Made by a program: the position numbers and the translations under genes. Of a DNA stretch of 64,000 bases, positions 55,724 to 64,000 are shown piece after piece. Position 1 is the stretch's first letter; every line of letters begins with the position of its first letter. A model generated the notes under the pieces. The model saw only the letters and a list, made by a program, of their open reading frames with translations, had not been told where the DNA came from and searched no databases. The DNA is from Limnochordia bacterium (GTDB lineage Bacteria > Bacillota > Limnochordia > DTU080), in contig JBMNJG010000007.1 in NCBI GenBank assembly GCA_050951545.1, forward strand, positions 448,001-512,000. The letters are read 5' to 3'.

Positions 55724-57628
55724 TTAGCTACGGGGACCGATTGGACTGGCTGACACGATGCGCTGGTAGACCTTTGTGTAGCGGACGATGCCGGGTCTGT
55801 TGTTGTAGTAGAGTCGCTCGGCTTCCAGCTCCTGGATCTGCGCCAAGCGCCCGTCAAGGTAACGCTTAACCTGATCGATAGCGCTTTGGATGCGCGTCTC
55901 GATAGAGCCGTAGCGCATATCAATGATCTCCCAACCGAAAGCCTGGTACGTGTCTAGCCATAGCTCCCTGTGGCATTCGTGTAGCTTCTTCATCTCTTTT
56001 GCCAGTGCAGGGAGTTCGTCACTGGCCAGCTGCCCCAGTCGCTGGCGATCACCAGTACGGTAGGCCTCGGTTAGCTTCAGCCCCATCTCAGACTTCAGGG
56101 CTAGTACCTGTGCTACCTGGGAGAGAAATTCAAAGAGGAAGTTGAAGGAGCCATTACGCTTTACCGCCGGACTTAGGGTGTTGGCGAGTTTGGCGTAATG
56201 TGCGGCAACCGGGTATTCCTCGATGTTCTTATCGAATAGGCCTGCGAGAATGTCTTGCCACATGAGGTACTTGCTAGGATTTGCCGTGTTTAGGTTTTCG
56301 GGCTCGGTACCGGGTATTTCATCGAGGTATTTCAGATTGATGAAGTCGTCGTAGTTGGCACCGGTGCAGAACTCAAAACGTTGCTTTAGCCGCTCTTCAT
56401 CGAGTTCGCGGGCGTAGCCGTGTTCGGCAAAGAGCTGCAAGCCCAGCAAAGTGGTGTAAATGTTGCATTCGGTGCCTTGATCGCCCCATACAGTGGCGAA
56501 GACCTCTTTGACACCCTCGGCTTTGCAGGCATTGAGTGCGGCGTTCGTGGTAACAAAGGTTTTGCTCCAGTTTATGGTGTAGCTGATCCAGTTCCAGATG
56601 CCGCCAGCGAAGATCGGTTCGCTGCCAAACTCGCGGTGGCGTTTGATAAATTCCCGGTAAAATTCCTCATCGTTGTGGTAATAATCCCAGGCGATGAGTT
56701 CGACGCCCTTGGGGACCGCGGCCAGCATCTCAGGGGTAAACTTGATATCTAGATCGTAGTAGGCGCCCGATTCGGAGACGGCGCGGAAGAACATGTCGCC
56801 CCACATCATCGGCTGTAGCCCGTGCCTTTCTACAATTTCGAGTACTCGTGTGAGGTGCTCCGTCATGATATCAAACTTGTTGCGTAGCCCATGCTTCTTG
56901 AAGTAGTTACCCATGCCCAGGCGCCATGCCTCGTCCATTCCGATATGGATGCGTTTGGTGCGAAACGGTGCTGCGGCGGCCTTGATCATGTGTTCGATGA
57001 ACTCGTATGTCCGGTCGCTACCCACCAGCAAGGTGGTCTCGTCCTCTTTGATATCAGCATATACGGGCCACTTGAGCACATCGGGCAGATGGGCGAGTGT
57101 CTGCATGCAAGGGATCATCTCAATACCGAGGATCGCCGCGTACTCGTCACACTCTCGCAGATCGTCGTGGGTGAATCTCGGCCGCATATAGCCAAAGAAC
57201 GGCTCTTCGGGGACTACATAGCTGTCTTCGGTATACATCATGAGCATGTTGAGGCCCATGATGGCCATGCGCCGGAGGATGTTCTTCACCGTCTCTACTC
57301 GGGGTACCGCATTGCCCTGCGAGACGTCGTACATGACTCCGTTCATGGTGAACTGGGGCTTTTCACTAAGGGAGAAGTCTCCAGATTTTGCGGCGAGTTG
57401 CTCTAAGAGAAGTCCTAGGGCTCGGAAGAAATGGATCTTCTCTGAGTAGCGGATGGTCGCTTGGTTGCCTTTCTTCTCTACAGTAACAGGGCAACCAGGT
57501 TGCTGCTCGACCATGACTGCGATGCCGTCTGCAGACAGCTCGTAGTGAAAGTCGGAGGCTAGCAACCGCAGGCCTTCCATGCAGTCTTGGACATCGCCTT
57601 GAAAGTGGAGACGGTGTTTTTGCGCCAT
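55724..57628 (-). CDS. GH20 beta-N-acetylhexosaminidase (GcnA-like), copy 1
   Basis: Same motifs and same length (634 aa) as the neighbouring copy. Confidence 0.93.
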   Translation of the reverse strand: MAQKHRLHFQGDVQDCMEGLRLLASDFHYELSADGIAVMVEQQPGCPVTVEKKGNQATIRYSEKIHFFRALGLLLEQLAAKSGDFSLSEKPQFTMNGVMYDVSQGNAVPRVETVKNILRRMAIMGLNMLMMYTEDSYVVPEEPFFGYMRPRFTHDDLRECDEYAAILGIEMIPCMQTLAHLPDVLKWPVYADIKEDETTLLVGSDRTYEFIEHMIKAAAAPFRTKRIHIGMDEAWRLGMGNYFKKHGLRNKFDIMTEHLTRVLEIVERHGLQPMMWGDMFFRAVSESGAYYDLDIKFTPEMLAAVPKGVELIAWDYYHNDEEFYREFIKRHREFGSEPIFAGGIWNWISYTINWSKTFVTTNAALNACKAEGVKEVFATVWGDQGTECNIYTTLLGLQLFAEHGYARELDEERLKQRFEFCTGANYDDFINLKYLDEIPGTEPENLNTANPSKYLMWQDILAGLFDKNIEEYPVAAHYAKLANTLSPAVKRNGSFNFLFEFLSQVAQVLALKSEMGLKLTEAYRTGDRQRLGQLASDELPALAKEMKKLHECHRELWLDTYQAFGWEIIDMRYGSIETRIQSAIDQVKRYLDGRLAQIQELEAERLYYNNRPGIVRYTKVYQRIVSASPIGPRS

Positions 57629-57831
57629 TCCAGGTGACCTCCGTTTGTGTGGTGGTGATGCAAATGCCGGAGACGCTTGGCAGAAAAGCGGTCGGCGACC
57701 TCTCGTATCTCAAAACCATGTTCCACAAGAGGTCGCTATCCCCTTGGCCAGCTACGGTTTTTCGCGGGCGGTAGATACTGGGGCAGAGGCCACGGATGAT
57801 GCGTACCAATCTGCCCCAGCACTCATGCACT

Positions 57832-60627
57832 CTATAGCAGTGCGAGGATATCCTCCGGAAGCTCACCGACGACAATCGGTGCACTGCGAGTGGAAAACGC
57901 TTGCCTACCGCCATCCTCAGTGCAGTAGCTGCCCTTGATCAGAAGTCGGTAAAGGCCTGAGGAGGGTGGTGTAAGGGTGAGCGTCATGGTTTCATCTGCA
58001 GGAACACTGCCAATTTCCTGGATCACCGCTCCATGAGCATTCTCAAGGATCAAAGTGGCCTGGATACCGGCAAACTCACGATCACTTCTGTCAGGTGCTC
58101 GGCGCACGGAGACCTCTAGTGGGGATCCGATCGCCGCGTGTCTTCCGTAGGTGGCCTCGCGAGTGAGCGGCCCTAAGTCGAAGCTATAGCGCGGACCAGC
58201 CTCCGGGATGAGCGCAGGCGTTTGCAGCTGAGCTTCACCGAGCGCGGGCACGATGTCCGAGGCGATCCTGGCACTGTAGTCGAAGATGGTGAACCCGTCG
58301 GCTCCTAGGTGCCTGGTCAGCACCACCTGTCCGGCGACGCGGTCTGCGGAGAGGGTGGAGCCCGAAGACACAGCACCGATGCCAGGATACAGAGGTACTA
58401 GCCCATCCACGAGATGCAGCTGCTGGGTGACACGAGCCGCGAAGGAGGCGTCGGATTCGGTGTAGTCCATCGGGCAGAGGAAATCTACCCAGCCCTGCTC
58501 AGCCCAGTACACCCAGTCTTGTCCGTTGCTTACTCGACAGGCCGGATAGTTGCTGAAGACCGCCGCGGAGATCCGACAGTCAGGCTTGACACTGCGCACC
58601 GCCTCGGAAGTGCGCTGTACCAGGCGGTCGATTTGATCGCAGCGCCACTGCACCCAGGCTTGCTCCACGTGGGGAGAGCGGACGCCAGCGGGCCAATTGG
58701 TTACGGTGATACCAGTGTCGCGCTGGAAGCGTTCCCGGCAGCCGTCACAGAAACACGAGTCGGCATCTGAGTAGCGGATGTAATCGAAATGGATGCCATC
58801 TACCTCGTAATCGGTCACGACTTCCAGTAAGCTGTCTAGCTCGAGCTGCAGATTGCGCGGATCAGAGGGGCAGAGCCAATCCAGCTCTTTGCCGTTGAAG
58901 TGTCGGGCCAGCCGGCCCTCGCTGCGCATGCGCTGCAGGAAATGGGCGGGAGTGTTTCCGAGTTTCCAGTTCACTTTCCACACATGCACCTCAAGGCCGT
59001 GACGCTTGGCGGCCTCCACGCATTCGGCGATCTGATCGCCACGTTCTGCCACCACGGGGTGGTGAGGCAGATGCTTACTATCGTAGAGGGCTAGGCCGCC
59101 CCAAAGCATGTTTGGCAGAACGGCGTTGAAGCCGTGCTCTTTGAGGCTGCCAATTGATTCCTCCCATGTCGCGAAGGCGCCTGTCCCGCTGTGGTTCCAG
59201 CAACCTCGGAACTCCACGTCGCGTGCTGGCTGAGCCAACAAGTAGGCGTGTGTCCGCTGGTCCCAGGCTGTGGTGGCCAGATCAGCCGCCTCCAGGTAGC
59301 GATGTGTCTCATAGTCCTGTTCCGCGGCGGCCAGCTTCTGCTCCGCAGCAGCAAGCAGGTCTTCAGCGGCATCGCCATGTGCACTAGAGGGGGCCTGGCG
59401 CTTCACCCACTCCGGCACCGATGTAGAGCCCTCCACGAGGTGGCCAATCTGGCTGGGACCCTGAATCGCCTTCTCAGCAACCGCAGGCCATATTTCAGGG
59501 AGGTAGTGCCCTAGTAGGGCGACGAGCATGCGCTGTTTGCCTGAGGGGTTGTCGCCCAGGACGATGTGGCTCATGAAGACACCGTTCTCTGAGATAGTCA
59601 TCGCCGGAGCCCCAGCATCTCGCCCCTGATCGTCATGCCATGAGCCGATGACCCGGGCCCGGTCGCCAATGGGTGTCACCACAGTGATGTTCCATGAAGC
59701 TTGTGCAACCTGTGTGGGCATACCTGTGATGTCGGGAGCGTTGAAGCGAATCTCACTGTATTGGCGGGGGTAATCCTGGCGCTTCCAGCCCGTCTTGCGG
59801 AGCCCCAGCAGGTCATCGAGGCCTATCGGGAGCGAATAGAAGACCAGTATCTTGCCTCCACCTCTGACGAAGCGTACCACTTCGAGGGTCTCGTCGAGCG
59901 TCATCGTGGGGTTATAGGGAAAGATGGCCAGTTTCATGTCTTGTAGGGCGCCCCGGGCGACATCAGCACCAGTGATCGTGCTGGTGAGAATCCCGGCCTC
60001 TCTCAGTAGCGTGGATACGGTGTCTGCGGCCTGCTGAATGCCAGTCTGGTCGTCACCGCTACCTAGGACCACGCAGATCGTTTCCCGGTGAGCGACGAGG
60101 TTGTCGACCAAGCAAGTCCCAGTGAAGTCGCCGCCGCGCCACGCTGAGATGCGTATGCCATCGATTTTGTGCCAACCTGCTGGCTGCCCTTCTGTGCGAA
60201 AGGCCGAGCGGGGAAGGTGCACAGTACCCCAACGCTTGCTAGGAAGCGTGCCAGTTGCCGCATACCAGCCACCTCCTGAGCGGAAGTACAGGGTGAAGGT
60301 GGAAAAGACGCGAGGTTCGTCTACGCGCAACTCAAGCGTAAAGCGCCCCCACCGACTGAGATCGAGACTCACATCGCGGTCGTAGACGACGCGGCGTAGG
60401 TCGCCCGTGAAGTCAGCGTTCATCTGAAGCGCCTGACCGTCTTCGTGTGCAACAAGCGAGACGGGTGGGGAGTTCTGGGCAGGCCGCCACGTCTCTCGAG
60501 CCTGCGTCGCATCGGGGTAGTCGAAGTCGTCGATAAGCATGCTCTCTGAGGCATACGTCAGCCCCGGTATCAGCACTAGAGCAAGGAGAAACAGAGCGGT
60601 GATGCAGTGCTTCATTGGCAAAGGCAC
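57832..60627 (-). CDS. Secreted GHL10 (DUF187/YddW-like) glycoside hydrolase with an N-terminal CBM-like domain
   Basis: Signal peptide; IDDFDY N-domain; EFRGCW, GLEVHVW, WLCPSDP, YEVDGIHFDYIRY, ISAAVF and QDWVYW..GWVDFLCPMDY. Confidence 0.9.
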   Translation of the reverse strand: MPLPMKHCITALFLLALVLIPGLTYASESMLIDDFDYPDATQARETWRPAQNSPPVSLVAHEDGQALQMNADFTGDLRRVVYDRDVSLDLSRWGRFTLELRVDEPRVFSTFTLYFRSGGGWYAATGTLPSKRWGTVHLPRSAFRTEGQPAGWHKIDGIRISAWRGGDFTGTCLVDNLVAHRETICVVLGSGDDQTGIQQAADTVSTLLREAGILTSTITGADVARGALQDMKLAIFPYNPTMTLDETLEVVRFVRGGGKILVFYSLPIGLDDLLGLRKTGWKRQDYPRQYSEIRFNAPDITGMPTQVAQASWNITVVTPIGDRARVIGSWHDDQGRDAGAPAMTISENGVFMSHIVLGDNPSGKQRMLVALLGHYLPEIWPAVAEKAIQGPSQIGHLVEGSTSVPEWVKRQAPSSAHGDAAEDLLAAAEQKLAAAEQDYETHRYLEAADLATTAWDQRTHAYLLAQPARDVEFRGCWNHSGTGAFATWEESIGSLKEHGFNAVLPNMLWGGLALYDSKHLPHHPVVAERGDQIAECVEAAKRHGLEVHVWKVNWKLGNTPAHFLQRMRSEGRLARHFNGKELDWLCPSDPRNLQLELDSLLEVVTDYEVDGIHFDYIRYSDADSCFCDGCRERFQRDTGITVTNWPAGVRSPHVEQAWVQWRCDQIDRLVQRTSEAVRSVKPDCRISAAVFSNYPACRVSNGQDWVYWAEQGWVDFLCPMDYTESDASFAARVTQQLHLVDGLVPLYPGIGAVSSGSTLSADRVAGQVVLTRHLGADGFTIFDYSARIASDIVPALGEAQLQTPALIPEAGPRYSFDLGPLTREATYGRHAAIGSPLEVSVRRAPDRSDREFAGIQATLILENAHGAVIQEIGSVPADETMTLTLTPPSSGLYRLLIKGSYCTEDGGRQAFSTRSAPIVVGELPEDILALL

Positions 60628-60944
60628 CCCTTTTCAGAAACTCGTGGTAATACTACGCTTTCAGCAGTGGTTGTTCCTCGTGCGAGTCTCGCGGATAGCA
60701 GGAGGGAGATCAACAAACGCTTCGAATGGGGAACGTGAATGTATCGTATTGCCCAGACACCCGAATCACTGTCTACAGAAAGTACGACATTACCAGCGGT
60801 GACGACTGGCCCGCACATCATTGGTCAGGGCTGGGGGGCCGGAGCTGTATGAAGCTGTGGTTGCTCAGTTCAGAAAGAGCCACCCTGTAGAGGAGTCTTC
60901 GGTACAGAGTACACCCGGGCTATCTGAGCGACGTCGACTGAGGG

Positions 60945-62261
60945 GTGACCTGTAGTCCCGATCTGGGTGGCGGATCTGTAGCGGTGTTTGCGTACATGCC
61001 ACGCGCGAGTCAGCAAGGATTAAGAATGGGTCTTATCATCGCTCTCATCGTGGCGCATGTGACGCTAGCAGCAGGGGCGGAGCTAAAAGGTTCCATCACG
61101 TTTGGTTGGAAGGGTACGCTACAGGCCATGGAGATCACGAAAGAGATGCTCAAAACGTTTGAACTGCAGCATCCTGATGTGGAGGTCGATTTCGTCTACC
61201 TTATGGCGGGTGGCGGGTCGTGGGAGGAGAAGCTCAAGACCATGATATTGGCTGGTTCGCCGCCCGATGTCACAAAGATGGAGTACCAGGTAGGGATGCC
61301 CCTAGCCATTGAGGGGCTGTTGCTTCCGCTCGATGGGCTAGCAGCTCGAGATCCAGAATTCAGACTTGACGCGTATTTCCCTGTGGCATTGGACGCCCAT
61401 CGATATAGGGGTCAGCTCTACGGCTTGCCGCAAGAGGCCAATCTTGGTGCTGTCTTCTACAATGCAGAGATGTTTGAGGCAGCAGGATTGCTCCCTCCAA
61501 CGGGTGATTGGAGTCACGACGATATCGTAGAGTGGGGAAAGAAGCTAGCGAAAGACATCGACGGTGATGGACTGAAGGACACATTCGCCATTGACTACTC
61601 ATGGGGCCGAACCTCTATGGAACCCCACATCCAAGCCTTTAACGGTACGGGGTATATGGCCAGTGACGGAAGTCGGACCATGCTAGGCGACCCTGGTTTC
61701 ATCCAGGCAATGCAGTGGGTGGTAGACACCGTCCATAGCTGGGGCATCGCCAACAACCCGCGTCGCTCACGCGGCTCCTTTGCGGGAGGAAATGTGGCCC
61801 TTTTCTATAACGGGCCGTGGATGATCACGGGCTTTCGCTCTGCCAAGTTCCGCTGGGATGCTGCACTGAGCCCCGTGGGGCCAAAAGGCCGCGGCACCAG
61901 GCTTAGTTCCGATGGTCTACAGATATCGCGGCAGAGCAAGTACTCTGACGCAGCCTGGGAGTTGGCCAAGTTCATGGCGGGCCAGGAGGTGCAGCTAGCA
62001 CTGGCGAAAGCAGGCTACCTGATTCCATCGTTGCGTCGGCTAGCGCAGTCTCAGACATGGCGTTCGTCACCGCCGGACTACGAACCGTTTATCCAGAGCG
62101 CAGCGTGGAGCTTGCCGGAGGTGATCGTGCCTCGCCTCAGTGAGGTCCGACGCATCTATGATAACGCTCTGAACGCCTCATGGCTACTTGAGCAGACACC
62201 GCAAGCGGCTTTCAGCCAGGCTGCAGCTCAGATCAACGCCTTGTTGCGGGAGAACAAGTAG
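60945..62261 (+). CDS. Sugar ABC transporter solute-binding protein
   Basis: FELQHPDVEV..LAGSPPDV..GQLYGLP..FYNAEMFEAAG..DIDGDG..AAWELAKFM. The start is probably further downstream. Confidence 0.92.
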   Translation: MTCSPDLGGGSVAVFAYMPRASQQGLRMGLIIALIVAHVTLAAGAELKGSITFGWKGTLQAMEITKEMLKTFELQHPDVEVDFVYLMAGGGSWEEKLKTMILAGSPPDVTKMEYQVGMPLAIEGLLLPLDGLAARDPEFRLDAYFPVALDAHRYRGQLYGLPQEANLGAVFYNAEMFEAAGLLPPTGDWSHDDIVEWGKKLAKDIDGDGLKDTFAIDYSWGRTSMEPHIQAFNGTGYMASDGSRTMLGDPGFIQAMQWVVDTVHSWGIANNPRRSRGSFAGGNVALFYNGPWMITGFRSAKFRWDAALSPVGPKGRGTRLSSDGLQISRQSKYSDAAWELAKFMAGQEVQLALAKAGYLIPSLRRLAQSQTWRSSPPDYEPFIQSAAWSLPEVIVPRLSEVRRIYDNALNASWLLEQTPQAAFSQAAAQINALLRENK

Positions 62262-62333
62262 AAGCACACATGGGGGCCTGGCTGGTGCACGAGTTGCGAC
62301 AGAGAGGCTCTATGGCTTGGGCAGGGTAGAAGA

Positions 62334-63614
62334 TTGCTCCAGGGGGTCATGATAGTGTTCTCGAAAAAACAGAGGATCCTGGTGTACGTAGTCGGCTTGG
62401 CGCTGTTGGTGGCGCCAGCAGCTCTCGCTAAGCAGACACTGCGTGTGCAGATCATTCTTGGCGCAGCGGCGACTAAGTACATTAACGACAGCATCATCCC
62501 AGAGTTCGAACGAACCCATGATGTCATTGTACAGATGGAGACAGTCAATTGGAATACTCGCATGGAGAAGCTGCTGATTACTACGGCGGGTGGGGTTCCG
62601 CCTGATGTCTTCATGAGCGGGGCCGAACACATCTTGGAGTTGGTACAGGCCAACCTGATCGCTCCCCTAGACAGGGAGTTCGCCACGTGGCGTGATCGCA
62701 ATGACTTCTTTCCACCCACTTTTGGTAGCTCGGTCTGGCAGGGATCGAACTATGGAGTGCCCATCTACACAGGGCCACGAACGTGGTGGTACAGGACTGA
62801 CCTGTTTGAGCTCACGGGTCTCGACCCCAACAGTCCGCCTTCCACGTGGGAGGAGCTGCTTGTAGCCGCGAAAAAGCTGACGCGCACCGAAGGTAGTACG
62901 GTCGTTCGGCAGGGGTATGATCTGTCGCGTTGGACGGGTACTGCGAGTGGCTTTGGCAAGATCCAGGACTATGTCACGTACCTCTGGCAAAATGATGGTG
63001 AGTTGGTTGACGCCGAGTACCAGCCGTTGTTCCATTCACAGGAGGGGCTTGAGACACTACAGTTCCTCGTGGAACTGAAAGAGACGGTAAGACCTCCGGG
63101 CTATGATCTGGCTATCCCAGGGGGCTCAGGCAGTGCCTTCATCAAGGGTGCGGCGGCCATCTATCTGTTTGGTGCGGGAACCGCTTCGGAGGTCCATAAC
63201 ATAGCGCCTGGCCTCGTCGACTCGGTGAGAGCCATACTTCCGGTGATTGGTAAGAAGACGCAGGTTACTACGGTTTTCAGTGACTGGTTGGGTATCCATC
63301 CCCAGAGCCCAAACAGGGATGTGGCGTGGGCCTTTGTCCAGGCGCTGACACAGCCGAAGGCGCTAGTGGATATCAACGCTGAGTTGGGATTACTATCGCC
63401 CCGGCGTTCCACTGTCAACGAATTCGTACGGCGCAGGCCGCTGGTGCGCTATCTCTACGATACGCTCAATTACTGTCGCGCCTTTCCTGTCTACCCCAAG
63501 TCAGTGGAGCTGGCCAATGCCTTTGGTGCGGAGTACACCCGGGCCATCGAGGGTCAAGCCGCTCCGCACACGGTGTTAGAGGAGGCTGCAAGACGGGTGG
63601 CGGGTCATTCTTAG
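62334..63614 (+). CDS. Sugar ABC transporter solute-binding protein
   Basis: Signal peptide ending AALA; AGGVPPDV; YGVP; PPSTWEEL; VAWAFV. Confidence 0.92.
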   Translation: MLQGVMIVFSKKQRILVYVVGLALLVAPAALAKQTLRVQIILGAAATKYINDSIIPEFERTHDVIVQMETVNWNTRMEKLLITTAGGVPPDVFMSGAEHILELVQANLIAPLDREFATWRDRNDFFPPTFGSSVWQGSNYGVPIYTGPRTWWYRTDLFELTGLDPNSPPSTWEELLVAAKKLTRTEGSTVVRQGYDLSRWTGTASGFGKIQDYVTYLWQNDGELVDAEYQPLFHSQEGLETLQFLVELKETVRPPGYDLAIPGGSGSAFIKGAAAIYLFGAGTASEVHNIAPGLVDSVRAILPVIGKKTQVTTVFSDWLGIHPQSPNRDVAWAFVQALTQPKALVDINAELGLLSPRRSTVNEFVRRRPLVRYLYDTLNYCRAFPVYPKSVELANAFGAEYTRAIEGQAAPHTVLEEAARRVAGHS

Positions 63615-63700
63615 CGACGCCAACTAGAGGATGATCTGCAGGTTTCATTGAGGCGGCCAATGTGTTGCGCTGTTTGTGTATTGAGATAATAGCGAGCATG

Positions 63701-63737
63701 AGAGGGCAGGGTTGTTCTTGACCCCGCCCTCTTCTTT
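63701..63737 (+). terminator. Intrinsic terminator
   Basis: AGAGGGCAGGGT..ACCCCGCCCTCT followed by TCTTT. Confidence 0.65.
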
Positions 63738-64000
63738 GTGCCACATAGCTGCAGCCTTATATGCCTAAAGTCATAGTACCAAACGACGGTCCTGTCTTGT
63801 GGGACTGGGTACTTGGAGGCCTTAACCAGCGAAATCATGGGGCAAAGGTACCGTTTCCTCGAAATTGGCGGGATGCTGGAAGGGATCAGTGTCTCTATGT
63901 CGTAATGCATAGCGATACACAGTGACGCGTGTCACAATGAGGGAGTGCATATGGGTGCCTGGGCATATGAACGGGTTACGCGGAACTGGCTACACCGGGG

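Larger units (their letters stand above)
53723..57710. repeat. ~2.0-kb tandem gene duplication including ~80 bp of upstream DNA
   Basis: The starts are 2001 bp apart, there are long identical nucleotide runs, and the upstream block CCTCCGTTTGTGTG..GTGATGCAAATGCCGG.GACGCTTGG is present before both genes. Confidence 0.95.

Noticed and set aside
63611-63910. 99-aa minus-strand ORF at the window end
   Set aside because: It has no motif or clear RBS and overlaps a terminator, so the region is likely intergenic.
1-64000. tRNA, rRNA, T-box or known riboswitch
   Set aside because: None was recognised by eye. A tRNAscan-SE or Rfam scan would be needed to exclude them.

Overview
A moderately GC-rich bacterial window, most consistent with a sporulating, probably diderm Firmicute (Limnochordia-like; inferred from a YheC/D spore-coat gene, a sigma-K-like promoter, GAAC-N4-GTTC-like boxes, and sugar-binding proteins with signal-peptidase-I rather than lipoprotein leaders). 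Most of it is carbohydrate and amino-sugar catabolism: six solute-binding proteins without permeases, three GH20-like hexosaminidases (two of them a tandem duplication), GH28, GH63-like and GHL10 enzymes, large secreted beta-helix and lyase-like proteins, aminotransferases, oxidoreductases and two AraC regulators. It also holds proS, a RIO1 kinase, an ABC exporter with DUF1854, and a decayed mobile region in which an IS4 element with 9-bp target duplication splits a tyrosine integrase. Three signals stand out. (1) A non-coding array of 3.4 copies of a ~403-bp hairpin-rich unit (6926-8307) lies directly upstream of a gene for a tandem winged-HTH plus PD-(D/E)XK nuclease protein that has an SOS-box-like site, and a relic of a second copy of that gene sits at ~23.0 kb. 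(2) A ~160-aa C-terminal domain is shared by three otherwise unrelated secreted enzymes. (3) A compact module of NeuB, a CMP-synthetase/HAD fusion, two sialyltransferase-like proteins and YheC/D suggests nonulosonic-acid (possibly Kdn) decoration of the spore coat. All functional calls come from reading motifs by eye; no searches were run.
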